In this document: positions 13,326 through 26,982 of the stretch, piece after piece
Position numbering within the stretch: the stretch's first letter is position 1
Layout of the letters: every line of letters begins with the position of its first letter
Assembly: GCA_000182565.2 (NCBI GenBank)
Contig: KQ257450.1
Direction: 5' to 3' (one strand)
Source: Spizellomyces punctatus DAOM BR117
Lineage: Eukaryota
Length of the DNA stretch: 64,000 nucleotides
Program-made: the position numbers and the translations under genes
The notes under the pieces: generated by a model
Databases searched by the model: none
What the model was told of the DNA's origin: nothing
Seen by the model: the letters and a program-made list of their open reading frames with translations, nothing else

Positions 13326-14233
13326 TGGGAGAGTTTTCTGGATAGTCAATAGTGTCTGTCGTGAAGGACAGTAATATATATGCCCTTGCAATGCACATGT
13401 GTATCTCTTAAACACAAATAAGAATCGAAGATTATGAAGGTAGAACACCCTCAAAGCAATGAAAGACTGGACATGGATGACATGGATCTCACAAAGATTA
13501 GTCGGCACCTCGATGCAGATTTGGACAAACGTGCCTGGAACGGACCACAGGTGTACGCTACAAGTCCCTTTCCATTAATTTGCAGTTATATGATCGAAAA
13601 GGACGCTCTCGAACAGGCCACAGTAGCGCAGGCGAACCTGACATGCCGACAACAAACTTGTTCGCTATTGACAACGGGCACCACGAGATGAAATGACCAA
13701 CTGTAACACTGGTGTTCTCCTGCTCTCCCGCGTACTTTGCAGACGGCGGTCACTGCCGGCAAGGGAACAGACCAAGTTGACTGCCCCATATCACACGGCC
13801 ACTTGCAACGCAAGGGATAGGGAAGTTGCATGGATCTGATAGGGACGGACTCTGTAGCCAATGGCAGCTCTGCTGCGGGAATTACAAAGATGGATTTGTA
13901 CAATAGATCCATCATGGCCTGGACATGGCAGCAGCGCAGCTTCACAGGCACCAAAAGATAAAAGGCGGGCTTCATTTTTCGAGGGCTACGAAGCAATCAG
14001 ATCGGTGGAGAGCAACAAAGCCACCAGGGGCGTTTGCCAAACCCCGTACTTCATGCTAATGGAAGAGTCGTTAGGGACAATCAACGGTTGTTGTCGTGTT
14101 CCGCTCCTGTGGGGGTTTCAAGAGAACTAGGAACAGTTTGGTTACAATCCTCGTAAAAATAGAAAATGCTGTCAACAACACACACTAGCAACCACGCTAG
14201 CAAATAAACACAAGAGCCTTCTTGACCAAATTC

Positions 14234-16344
14234 TCATTGCAAAACATCACTAAAATACGCCATTGTAAACCTTTTCACTTCATCTAAAACCAGACATACA
14301 AAAAAAAAATCAATACCCCATTCAAAGGAAATACTCGAACAAATGGCCAAAACTCACCATCAATATCCACCAAAGTGGCATCACTTTTCGGAAACACCAT
14401 AAATAACTCTCTATCCTCTGATCGTCGTCCAATCACCCACGCATCCGACGCGGTCTTGATACATAGTTCGTTCGGGTGACCGGCATGCGAGCTGCAATAT
14501 TGTGTGTTTGGACTGTAATCCGTTTTTAAGAATAATGGGGTTTGTTCGGTGACTTACCTCATGAAATCGTCGTGCATCCTGTCGACGCATGTTATTAGGT
14601 CAGGTGTTAAGATGGTGGATTTATACGCTCCAATAGAGGTTTTGAATGCGAGGTTCATGGAGTTGTAGTAGAGGTACCGAAAGTGTTGGTCCGCAAATTC
14701 ACTGTAAAGTGTTAGATGAATGTGCAGTTGACGGGTGCCCTGAAAATGGGATGGGTATTTACCCTAGATGTCGGGCATTTGTCCATCCCTCCGACAGGAC
14801 GCCTGATAGGGATCGCAGCCGGTCATCAAGAAACCCTGCTAAATGGACATAAAACTCTCCGTTCCGGATATCAGTTTCTGGTGGTTTTTTGTCGGTTGGG
14901 TTGACATCTACTGTTGATGATGGGGGTATGAGAAAGACCAATGTGCACTCCTCTTCAAACTAGATTGTAAATGTTTGTTACTACAAAATGGGAGCCGAGT
15001 TGTGAACGAGTCGCTTACCTGATACACAACAAGAAAATGCTCAACAGCGTGGTGTCCAATATACACGCTCCTCATTTCAACGTTTACGCCAGCCATACTG
15101 GGATTCGTTGGTCCCACCAAGTACCCAGAAAACCGCTGTCCTTTTCTCCCTAGCGCCATCTTTGGCTGACGCGGAGCCCGAAGGCCCATTCGACGTGTAG
15201 CTATCACGGGCTGAAAAGGGCGTATCATCAGGATCTCTAAACGCCAAAAAACATCACAACAAAGATGTGCTACGGACCTCGCCTTTTCGTTTGACTTGAT
15301 TGACAATCGGGTCATACACCCGGCCCGTTTCGGGATCTGTCAAAAAATCGTAGACGCTTTTTAAATCTTGAAAGCTTTCGAGCCCGCTCCACACGAGTTG
15401 ATCGTGCCAGAGGAAGCAAACATGACGCAGGATGGGAAACTGGGATTGGAGATCATGGATAAAGGAGGATATCTGTAGGTACGAAGATTTGTCTAGCGAT
15501 GCAAAATGGATACCTTGAAGAAAAGATGAAGATCAGATACGGGGTTTCCAAAGACGGTCAGTTACGAAATCATACCACATAGGGCATTGACCAAGTCCAG
15601 TGATGCAACATCTATTCGTGGTATATAGCTTGTAAAAAACTCTTCCAGAGTCTTTTTGAGTATGATGATGGATTGGGTTTGAGCGACATGATCGAACCCC
15701 TTGTAAAGAAACTTTGGAAAAAGAAACCAGTTCTTTAGCCACATCCTACAGCATACGAATAACGCATAACATCACTACACCTTGAAAAACTCATAACTCC
15801 GCTCCAAAACTCTTTTCAAAATACTATCCTGCAGCTCACTGTCCAAATACTCGATTTTGCTCAGTCGTGCTGATCTCGTCCGCGTTCCAAGTCTTACTTT
15901 CTTCCGACAAAGAAGGATTTAGACAGTATACGAAATGGTGAAGACGGGTGGAGAAGAGAGTACCAATAACATCCAGTATCCGGGCTCGGGTTCGTAAAGA
16001 ATGACACGGTGTTTACGGGTGTGGACGGTCTCGCAGGGGTGGGATGGTGAAAAGGTTCTAACGAGGAATTTGCCGAGGTGTTAGCGGTTGTGAAATTAAA
16101 TGAGACGGCATTCCAGCCCCGCCCAGGTACCACCAAAAAAACAGGCAATGTTGGCGAGAACACACCTCGTAAACTGCACCAAGGCCTGTGCGAGTCCAAC
16201 CTGACGAGACTTTTCATTGAGTGACGTTGATGCTGGATGGAAGAAGCAAATTTGGTCTGCTGATGTTTTCTCTGTTTGTCCAAAGGTGGGGTTGAAGACT
16301 GCAAAGTAGACAAGAGATGCAGGACGGGTTTTGGTCGTATCCAT
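14234..16344 (-). CDS. CCZ1: Vacuolar fusion protein Ccz1 (Mon1-Ccz1 GEF subunit); multi-exon
   Basis: LVYFAVFNPTFG...DQICFFHP...RQVGLAQALVQFT, CETVHTRKHRVILYEPEPGYW and C-terminal KTASDAWVIGRRSEDRELF match the Ccz1/DUF1712 family. Confidence 0.85.
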
Positions 16345-17284
16345 GTTTAGACTATGGTCCAGCCCGTCGCGGGATCTTGGACTAAGGGACGTTTGCAGTG
16401 CGCGTTTTGGTTCACAAGGACTGGTACAGAGTCCAAATGACCAAATAACGAGAAGGGAATGTGCTTTTGGAAATGCCAAAGGCAACTCCAACGCGCTACC
16501 GTTTAGACTTATGCAGCTGGCAAGTGCATCAAAAAGTCGAACAGTCCGCCTTGTAGAGACAGCGGTGGACCAGAATGGAGCGCACCACCATGAGCAGCAC
16601 AGATCTCGTCCATTTAACCATCACCCTGCGACATACTGGACGCAAACCACACCACACAACGACAACACATCTCTCGCCCTCATGAACTTTATCTCTTACT
16701 GTTCTGTTCCATTCCGAAATATCCCACTCCCTTGCAAAGATCCATAAACGATCGCCCCAACAACGGCTGTCAAGACAGCAGAACTTTGTTCTCCTGCGCA
16801 CTTGCACAATAACGATCTGAATTGCAACGCAAGGGAAGGACGACACATACAAGCCATGTCATCCCAGTCCCCAATAGCCAAAAAGAAAACAGCCATTGCA
16901 CATACACACAAATGTCCCAGTTGTTTTCTTCCTTGCAATAAAAGTGCTGGCGACAGCTCGGAAAAAGGGAGCCCAGTCTACCAGCCCAAAAAGCCAAAAA
17001 TTATGCTGCCGATATGTTCTTGATAGCCATACCGCAACGGTAAAAGCTCTTGAGACTTTTCCGTTGTCCCATTTCCAACAATGGAGGGGAGCAACCCTTT
17101 TAAAGAAGAAGACGAAGAAGAAGCAAGTTGCTTTTTATACGCTTTCCCTAATGTGGCTGGATGACGCATCCACATGCTAACCTCGTCCCGGCTCCTTCCG
17201 TTTCCCGTTTTTATAAAAACCAAGCAGATTGCTCAACAAAACAATCTCCATCTTTTCAACCCTCTAAACACACACTTTTCAAAC

Positions 17285-18471
17285 ATGGTATTTATTCTGT
17301 GCACAATCACGAAAAAAGGTCATCATCATCATGTCTTTGGTTCACAGGTCAAAGTCGCAGTCCTCGGAGCCGCTGGCGGTATCGGCCAACCCCTTTCCCT
17401 CCTCCTCAAGGCCAACACAACCATCACAGAGCTAGCTCTCTTTGATATTGCCAACACAGCCGGAGTGGCGGCAGATCTCTCGCACATTAACACGCCCGCA
17501 AAGGTGACTGGATACAAGGGTGATGAGCAATTGGAGGGTGCGCTCAAGGGTGCGGATGTAGTGGTTATTCCCGCTGGTGTGCCTCGGAAGCCTGGTATGA
17601 CCCGTGACGATTTGTTCAAGATCAATGCCGGGATTGTAAAGAACCTTGCTACGGCTGCTGCAAAGTAAGTGATTTCGTAGGCGACGTTTTCAAAAGTTGT
17701 TGTAGATATGTTGTATTGATGGAATGAAAATAGGCACTGCCCCAAGGCATTCATGGCCATCATTTCCAACCCTGTCAACTCGACCGTTCCCATTGTTGCT
17801 GAGGTCTTCAAGGCCCACGGTGTTTACGATGCCAAGAGGTGAGAAAGGGATTATCATGAAACCTCTCGCAGGTGCTAATGTGTTTTATTCTGTCCAGGAT
17901 CTTTGGAGTGACAACATTGGACATTGTCCGTGCCAACACGTTTGTCTCTGAATTGAAAAACACGGAACCCCAGAGCACCAATGTCCCAGTCATTGGTGGA
18001 CACTCTGGTGTGACCATTATCCCCGTTCTCTCTGCGGTATGGTATAAAGTCTTTGTCAGCACCGTGAAAACAAACTAATGTCCTTTATAGACTGGCCACT
18101 CTTTCACGGACGAGCAAGTCGAGCGCCTCACGCAGCGCATCCAGTACGGTGGTGACGAAGTTGTCAAGGCCAAGGACGGCGCCGGTTCCGCGACGCTCTC
18201 CATGGCCTATGCTGGAGCCCGGTTCGTCAACTCCCTCCTCGAAGCGAGTGTCTTGAAAAAGACGGGCGTGACGGAATGCACATATGTCAAGAGCGACGTC
18301 GCTGAAGGCCTCGAGTACTTTTCGACCGTGGTTGAACTTGGACCTGAGGGTGTGAGCAAGATTCACCCCATTCCATCCTTGAATGCCCATGAGAAAAAGT
18401 TGCTGGATGCCGCTGTACCGGAATTGAAGGCGAACATTCAAAAGGGGGTGGACTTTGTCAAGAATGCGTAA
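17285..18471 (+). CDS. MDH: NAD-dependent malate dehydrogenase; multi-exon, first exon is just ATG
   Basis: [74 protein letters not shown]. Confidence 0.98.
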
Positions 18472-18809
18472 GTATGGATTTTGCATTGCTGAAAACCGTG
18501 TGAACTATCAATGACGTTTTGCTTTTTGTTTGTAATTTGCTTTCTGCGTTTTTCTGTGTTTTGGGTAGTTAAGTACGTCGCGTTTGTAATAGATTATCAT
18601 CAATATGGAATAGTGTGTGGGTTGACGACGAATTGCCTGCTACCTATGTGCTGCTTATTGACTTACTTCTGACATCCTGCATAATTTACCGACGACTCGA
18701 CCATCCCAACTTGTCCACTTGCCCCAAATTCCATGACCATGAAATATCCGACATGCAGATCATCCATCCTTGCTGTACAAATCCTCCTCAAATACATACA
18801 CATCCACCG

Positions 18810-19301
18810 TCACGAAACACCGACTTTAGATAATGACACACTCCTTTCCAAAGTCCGCAACTGCACCACACCCTGGGAAATCAACATTGAAATCTTTTCC
18901 TATACAAAAAAGGCAACAAAAACCAGATAAACAAACATGCCCCCCATATTCAAAAATCGAGTACGTTGGCAGTATCTTTTAATAAAACAAAACAACTTAC
19001 ATACCGAATCAACTTCATACCGATACCGCTCAAAATCCGATCTAGCCCAATCTCTTATAAATTTCTTATTTTCCGGATCCAAATCTAAATAGTTCATTAT
19101 TAGAACTCCATCCCATCACCATTACTTGCTTTTATTTGGGAAACGTACGACGGGTAAGACGAAGTATGGACCGATAAAGTCCCAACGCTTTTTGACGGGT
19201 TAAAAACTATATGTGCGTTAATAATGCTTCTATGGTTATTTGCTTGTCGTTTGGGATGGACTTACTTGTGCGAGGGAGGGTGTTGATGGGTGCAGTGGCA
19301 T
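18810..19301 (-). CDS. Small LYR-motif (Complex 1 LYR family) mitochondrial protein; multi-exon
   Basis: Spliced FLTRQKALGLYRSILR...FIRDWARSDFERYR...EKISMLISQG: LYR motif plus downstream Phe. Confidence 0.75.
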
Positions 19302-19492
19302 GAACGTAGGTGCGAATGCAGAAACCAAAAAGGGTTGTGTGTTGGCAAGAAACGGAGGATGAAGCGCTTTGAACAAGACCACGTATATCACGTGACTACA
19401 CGTGGTCAACGGACTGAACTGCATCGAAAGCGGAGACCCAAAAGGGTTGTTCACGGTTATTATTTTGAGTAGTTGATTTAACAGATTAAAAC

Positions 19493-20161
19493 ATGTGGTT
19501 AACGGATACGCAAAGTGAGTTTTTTCTAATGGAATACAGACGTAGTGATTTGTACTTACTCGTTTTTTAGAGATTGGGGTGGGGTTAACGGCGTTTGGGG
19601 TATTGTTCATGTTATTGGGCGTCATGTTGTTTTTTGATGGAGGATTACTAGCAATCGGAAACGTAAGTCCTTTGAAATCACAACATTCCACATGACGTTG
19701 GTAACTAATGGTTGAGACAGATTTTATTTATAGGCGGTTTAACACTCATTATCGGTCTCTCGAAAACAATTGCATTCTTTGCAAGACCGGAAAAGATGCG
19801 GGGAACCATTTGTTTTTTGGGTGGGGTTTGTTTGGTTTTTGCGAGGTGGGCGGTTGTGGGGATTGTGGTTGAGGCGATTGGGTTTGTGAATTTGTTTGGG
19901 TAAGGTTTTTTTTTGTGTTTGTCGAAATATGTTGAAAGTTTTTTTTGTTAATGGTTGGTTTTGGACGATAGGGATTTCTTTCCGGTTGTGATTGGGTTTC
20001 TACGAAAGATGCCCGTTATTGGGTCCGTGTTGAATACGCCGGGGATATCACATGTATGTATTGACCATGTCGTTTTTTCATTCTAGTTGTGATTTGGTGG
20101 TCTAATGTTGGTCTAATACTAGGTCATTGATAAACTCATGGGCTCAAAATTACCCGTATAA
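19493..20161 (+). CDS. GOT1: Got1/Sft2-family vesicle transport protein; multi-exon
   Basis: [17 protein letters not shown]...[38 protein letters not shown]...NLFG|DFFP...RKMP.IG...KLPV. Confidence 0.93.
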
Positions 20162-20330
20162 TAACTATTTGCATTTATGAATGCTTTTTTTGTTGTGTAT
20201 CGCAAAAGGAGAGAAGACAATACCCCCCCAATTATTATATTATTGTATTTTATACTACAAGTTGTGTAATGGCGTAAGGATGTGGTACGAATATATATGT
20301 ACAAAAAGCAAAAAAAGAGCATTGCTTTTT

Positions 20331-21192
20331 TCAATCTGAATCGGTGGAAGGGTGGTAGCCGTTTGTGAGGCCGTTGGGTATACCGTTTGTCGAAGGTAGC
20401 GTAGAATCGCCAGCAGATTCAGATCCAGATTCACCATCGTCATCCTCATTGTCTTGTTGTTCCGCACTGTCATCATCACCATCATCTTCATTATCATCAA
20501 CGGACCCGTCCTCATCGTCATCACACGATACATCCGCCCCATTTTCAAACATGTGCGCAAACTCTTCCATACTGAGTGTACGTATCGCCCGCTCATACGT
20601 CGGCGTAAGATCTAAATCACCATCAACACATGCATGACTCTGGACACACACACAGAAAATCCCACCTTTCAAATACGCAACAACATCCTCCCGCTCCTCT
20701 TCATCCGCAACCTCAATCGGCTACCCATCAAAAATTAGATACAGATCCAATCCCCAAACTCGACAACGCACAACATACCAACTTCCCCTCCCCATTCCGT
20801 CTCTCAACATCCGCACCAAGCTCCACCAAACATTTCGCAACAGCCGCTGTTTCACAGACATGTAACGGTGTATCCCCGTCATCGTCCACGATATCGATTT
20901 GGGCGTGATAGGTGGTGACCAGGAGATGTATGAGGGGAATATGTGCATACGCAGCCGCAGCATGTCTAAAACAAGATAATGTGATCAATATATGAGTAAC
21001 TGAGTTTTAATATGAAGTGTGGTGGGGAACGTACAGAGGGGTGTACCCGGTATCATCCTTTACATTGGGATCCAAAGGAGTTCCACCCGGTCCACCGTGT
21101 TTAAGAAAGTGTTCAACAAGGTCCATACGGCCATCTGAGCATGCTAGCCAGATATTCGTTTCGGCTAGACCGGGGAGTTCCGTCCCAGGCAT
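20331..21192 (-). CDS. Small ankyrin-repeat protein with acidic tail
   Basis: NIWLACSDG, PNVKDDTGYTPL|HAAAAYAH, DDDGDTPLHVCE; D/E-rich C-terminus. Confidence 0.85.
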
Positions 21193-21416
21193 CCTCAAAC
21201 AAAAAGATTTCGTTAAAATGGTTTGGGGATAATTTAGAGTTGCGAAGAGCGCAAATGCTGCAAAAGCGAGAGGTGAGAATGAGTCATTTCACGTGCCAGC
21301 CTTGACAACCTGCGCCATGTCGCTTACGGCATTTCCTTGTCCAGCACGCGTTTTGTCCAAATGGTTTTTGGTTTACGGGTTTTTTGCGTATTGGGGGTCA
21401 TTTTGCTATTACAAAA

Positions 21417-22270
21417 ATGTCGGCACCTACATCCCTCCATCTCTACACGCATCTCCAACCCCCATCACGCACAGAAGACCAATGGACACGAACCCTTTTT
21501 AGCCGGTCAACAGCCTACATGGCCCACCAAACCCCTTCGTCACCATCCCCCCCTCTTCCCACACCGACACCAAGCACACCACCTTCACCACCTGCGAAAT
21601 GGACTGCATTGCCTACGAGTCTTCAACGACCGCTTTCGAGGGAAGAGTTTATGAAAGTTCTTTCGGAGCATGTTTCGAGGAAACGGTCTTTGGAGGATGG
21701 GGAACGGGAGGAAGGGTTGGAGAAGCGGTTAAAGGTGTTGAGTGAGCGGGTTGTTACAGGTATAAAAAAATTGGTTTTTTTTTATCAACCAACCGACGTT
21801 TTCATTTAACAAAATCTATAATAGAAACGACTACTCTTCTTACCACCCACACCCAAACCCTAACAACCCTCCTCGAATCCCATAAAACAAGCCTAGACAC
21901 AACCCGCGAACAAACCAAAACTCTCACAACCCTCCTGCAATCCGAGAAAACCCTACACTCGTCACTCGTCTCCCAAAACGATACACTAGCAACATTGTCC
22001 AATCGATTAAATACCTTGCAAGCCAAACTCTCTACCCTACCCAACACCCCGCATGACGATCATGATGATGATGATGAATCGACACTTCCGGACCGGTTAC
22101 AACAGACAAATGAGCGGATATCGCAGTTGATGCGGATTCGAGATGATGTACTTCGAGACCGGATGCAACGGGAAGCTAAATGTAGGCAGGTCCTTGAAGC
22201 GTGTGTGGGCGGGTGGGAATGGAGTGAGGAGGGTGTGAATGAGGTTTTAGAGTGTCTGGAGGTAGATTAG
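21417..22270 (+). CDS. Hypothetical coiled-coil protein; two exons
   Basis: Two joined ORFs with a P/T-rich N-terminus and heptad-like helices; no recognisable domain. Confidence 0.5.
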
Positions 22271-22615
22271 ATATTTTTTATGGGGGTTTTTTTTTGTTGG
22301 AATAGAGTGGGTTGATGCACTCCACTTGTTTTGGCCAAGTTCATCTTTGTGGATTCGGAGTAAAGTGAAAATGCGAACCAAAAGATGCCCAAGAACAACA
22401 ATGTCGCATTCAATTGTGCAGCAATGTCAAAACAATTACACCCCGAGCAACGGAAGATGGCGCATATGCAGCATTGCCACATCCCAAAAAAACTTGCACA
22501 CCAACTGCAAAGCAACAGCGGTATAAGACTCCACACACCAAAATAAACCCGCCAACAACACAATCTCTATATACAAAATAAACAAAAGACGAAAACCATT
22601 CCAAAAGCGAGCGCC

Positions 22616-23943
22616 CTACTTGATCGGCCCCAAAATATCTACGTCCACCAACACAAAAAAATCGTTAGACGGCTTACCCCCAAGCACACACATGTATTAA
22701 AAAAATACGCACCTAACCCCTCCAAATGCGTATTCGTCAATTTTATCCGCTTATGACTCCTTCGTTTGGATTCCTTTGGCTTATCCTATCCAAAAAAGAC
22801 AAATCAGCACATTGGGTTAGAGTTCTGGGTATGATGCGTACGGAAACGTACGGTGGGTTTAGGTGCTACAAAGACTTCCATGGATTTGAGGCCGGCTATT
22901 GCGAGTGTGTGAGTCACAAAAAAAGGGAAAAGGTCAAGAGGAAAGAGATGTACTGACCTCGTTCGAGTTCTTTGGCAAGATCGGATTCTTTTGGGAGTTG
23001 GATTTCGTGCCAGTAGTTTTGGAATTCTGTAAGCAATAGGGTTTTGTTAATGCATGATCCAACGCACACTTTTGTCCCATCCATCCACTACGCACACACA
23101 CACACACACACACAAACTAGCAAGAATTGCTCCCCACCGCTCACTATTGTATCTACCTATTCGCTCCCAACTCACCTTTTGACATTTCCAAATTCAAACT
23201 CTTATCATTCCAATACACAATCCTCGGTTTCTGGTCTTTTGTTTTCAGCACGAGCACATGTCCCTCCTTTTCCAGCTCTTGAACGGCACCCAAAAGTCCA
23301 CTCCAGGAATCCAAGAGTTCTTTGATTTCCATTCCGCCTTGGGAGGCATGGGATTGGAGGAGGGTGATGAGGTCTTCTTTGGAGCGTATAGTGTATTTTG
23401 GCTAGTGATTAGAGTAGAGGTAAGTTGAGGCCACCGGTACACATTTCCTTTTGGCTCGGTAGTCCTCTGCCCGGGCCCAATCCAAACTCTAACAACCTCG
23501 CTTATACTCGCTACTGCTCAGCCAACTCACCTTGTAACGATAAGTCTTGTCTTGCGGAATAAACTCAATCTTTAAATTATTCCTCAAAATCTCTCTCAAC
23601 CCAGGCGTGCCTCCAATATGAACAGCCGTCAATCTCATAATCTCCTTTTCCGACAATGCCTCGCCCTTTTCTCGCAGTGCGTTAATGATTGTGTATACTT
23701 TGGTGTTTGTTGCCACGTCTGCGTGGATGGCTGGAGGTGGAGGAGCGAGGGCGGGGGGGAGCTTTCTCTTGGCTTGTGATTGTGGTGGTGGTGGGTGAGA
23801 TGCGGTAATGTGTTGTTTTGTGATGGTGGGCGTGGCCAACATGCGCTTTTTGAGCGCTGCCTAACAATATAAAGAGGGCATTGAGCAAGTCTAGTCCCGA
23901 GTATCCATGTGTAAGTGCGTATGCATGCCTTTGATTCCTCCAT
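22616..23943 (-). CDS. TFA2: Transcription initiation factor IIE beta subunit; multi-exon
   Basis: Winged-helix segment TKVYTIINALRE...LRNNLKIEF...YRYK, EFQNYWHEIQLP...L..AGLKSM and basic C-terminal RIKLTNTHL. Start approximate. Confidence 0.8.
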
Positions 23944-24580
23944 TGTCAACAAGGTGATGCAATCCAACCCAGTGCGAAATGACAAGATTCTCCATTGAAC
24001 TTTCCCACACTCTTTCATCATCAATGTCACGTGACCAAACATCTGAATATGTGAATGCCAAATGGAACACTATCATGCAAAAAGAGAGTTGCTATGATGG
24101 CTAATGCTCATATCTAATGCAAATGCAAATGCCTAGATGTCGAGTGTAATGAATGTAAATGATGCATCGTATAATAACCATTCACAAAAAGCAACATAAA
24201 TGCCATGTAGAATTCGATAATAAGCGTTCCTCATGGCAATTCCCCTCCTCCCCATAGTAGAATCCGCAAGTAGAAATCTCACTCTCCCCCTCCAATCCAT
24301 CAGATATCCTTCTCTCGTCCTTCTAGAAGGAATCTTTCAATTAATCCATAAATAGTATATTATACACGTGATATAATCATCTTAATAGAGAGTGGCGTAG
24401 TGGCGTTGGCCGCTGTTATTATTTTCTAATAATCTTTTTTCTCCCACGCAATACGATCACGTGATAATTCATGCACACATAGTCACGTGAACATATTACT
24501 TAATGTATTGCAAATAGTTTCAATGCATTGTTTCATTCCTAGTTATTAGGTTTTTTTTATTTTTTATTTTATTCTTGAGG

Positions 24581-26543
24581 ATGTGTTCTTTTGGCTGAAG
24601 AGGTTTTTGTTCTTCTGCGTTTTTATTCTTTTACGCAGGATTTCTTTTGCATGTCCCATATGTGTGTGTGTGTATAGGCCATGCATGTCCCTCGACCACG
24701 ACTCGTTCTCTTGTTTTTCATCCTAATCCATCTTGTATGTACAGTAGATGGTATTGCATAACTCTTCATTATCCTCATCCCAACGTTTGTTTGTAATAGG
24801 TCCTGGGAATCGTTCTCGTCGTGGGATTCCATCACGATAGTGCTACATGGGCTACCATCGCTTTAGGGGTCTTGTTTGGGATCCTTTGTGTGGTTGGGGC
24901 TTTAGGGATTTGGAAGAGATCAAGGGCCCTGTTGATTTTGGTATGTATTTGGAGTTGGGGTTCGCGTTAGGGTTTTAGGGTTCGGGTTGGGATTGGGATT
25001 GGGGTTGGGCTTAGGGTTAGGGTTGGGATTGGGATTGGGTTGGGGTTGGGGTTCGGGTTAGCGTGTGGGTTCAAGTTGGGTTCGTCTTCGCGTTCAGTTA
25101 GGGTTCGGGTTGCGATTAGCGTGTGGGTTTAGGTTGGGATTGGGTTGGGATCAGGGTCATGACTCGCGAATGCTCGTCAAGGAGATCTGGGGGAGAGTGA
25201 CATGGAAAGGCAGGACTGTGGGCCATGGCTCGCGTACGTTCGTCATGGAGTGCACGCTGGCAGAGCCAGACGTCTTGAAAACTGGATTGCATTCCTTGAT
25301 CAAGAATCCATTCATCTCATTGACGTTTTCTTACCTTCTTTACACTCTTTTATCACACTAGTATGCATGTCTGGGAACAGTCTCTGTCGCATTGGGCATC
25401 GTCCACCTGTTGATGATCACAAACGTCTTTTATCCCTCGGTCATCGATCAAGTCCAGCCCGATCGCGTTCTAATCGTTGGCAAGACAGTGTGTGGGTACT
25501 ATGCTGACCAAGGGTATTCGGCTTGGTATTCGAGTGCGCATGGGAATAGTACATCCATGTCGGGCGGGAATACGACATCCACGTTGCGGCCTCCGATCAT
25601 TGCCAAAAGACAGGCAAACAACGGTACCACGATACCTGGGACCAATGCAACCAGCGGGACACCAAACACCAATGCCACGACCACCGCGACACTGGGAAAA
25701 CCAATGGAAATGCAAGTCGGTATCCCACTCTATGCCGCAAATGTGGCCTTTATCGGTATCGGTATCCTAGGCGCAACCTTTCTCCCCATCTCGCGCCGCC
25801 TGATTCGCTCGTCAAACCTCTTTCACTCGGACCCAGAAGCCAACCACCTCACATCAACTCTCGGATCAGTGGCGGCATCATCGACACCAGGAACACTCCA
25901 AAAACCCAAGAATGCGGACTCGTTGAAACGTAAACCAACGAGCATGACGTCTATTCCAAGTTATTACCATAAAGCTGGGACAAAGGACCTTGAACCCAAT
26001 CTCCGCGTTACGGCTGTTGGTAAAGTTCCGCCTCCCGTCTCATCCAATTCTAGCCGTCAACCCACATCCCCTCAACAACAATCCCCTCAACAACAACAAC
26101 AACAACAACAACTTACTGTACAAACCTCTTCCCGTCCCACCTCACCATCCACCGCACCTCAAACCCGAAAACCAATGAAATCCATTCACAACATTTACAC
26201 CATCCAATGTAAAACCTGCTCCCAAACCCTCCCGCTCACACTCGCATCGTCCCATACCTGCCCCCCCTCTCCCTCCCCTTCTTCTCCGACGTTATCCTCA
26301 GCTTCACCCACAAGCACAACATTCGGCTCTTTGGAACCCCTCTACACCCAACGCGCGAAAAGACCCTACGTCCCCGTTCTTTCTGATGAAATCCGATTGG
26401 AAAGGAATGAACTTGTTCGTGTGTATGAGGTGTATGAGGATGGGTGGGGGGTGGGTGAGAATGAGAGTGGGGAGATGGGTGCGTTTCCGTTGGGGTGTTT
26501 GGACTCGAATCAGATTCGGGATCGGAGGGAGAGTTTACGGTAA
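24581..26543 (+). CDS. Multi-pass membrane protein with S/P/Q-rich cytoplasmic tail and C-terminal SH3 domain
   Basis: Hydrophobic exons at ~24800-24940 and 25362-25800; SH3 motif AKRPYVPVLSDEIRLERNELVRVYEVYEDGWGVGEN..GEMGAFPLGCL. 5' exons uncertain. Confidence 0.7.
24955..25160 (+). repeat. Degenerate telomere-like G-rich tandem array (GGGTTA/GGGTTG/GGGATT/GGGTTC) inside an intron
   Basis: For example ttagggttagggttgggattgggattgggttggggttggggttcgggtta. Confidence 0.8.
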
Positions 26544-26982
26544 GAACGAGGTGGATGGAAGGTATTATCTCTTTTTTTTTTTTTGGTGCGGTTTTATTAT
26601 CAAAAACTGTTTTGTAAATACATGTATAGCTTTTTTTGTGTTTGGCATAGTCTTAATACATTTCTGTATTTCTTTATCTTTTATAAACTTTTTCCCGATT
26701 TAAGTTGGCATAAGCAAAAGTTGAGGATATCCCCAAACGCTCAACAGTGCTTGTAACCTTTATCCACACTTTTCCTACTTGATAAATAAGAAATGCCATC
26801 GTTGAGTTTAACCAGTTGCATAGTCGACAATGACTGTTCTTCCATCCTTTTCGTAAAGCAACCCCGTACATTTGGCAGACCACTAGATGATCATTCAAAA
26901 CAAACGTACTCACGTGACACCACAAAAGCCCCCATTCCGCCCAGCAATTCCAACATACCTCCCTTTTGCCCATTCTTCAACC

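Noticed and set aside
23864-23873. CAATATAAAG, a 10-nt match to the Fanzor guide
   Set aside because: Too short, AT-rich and not preceded by CATA; expected by chance
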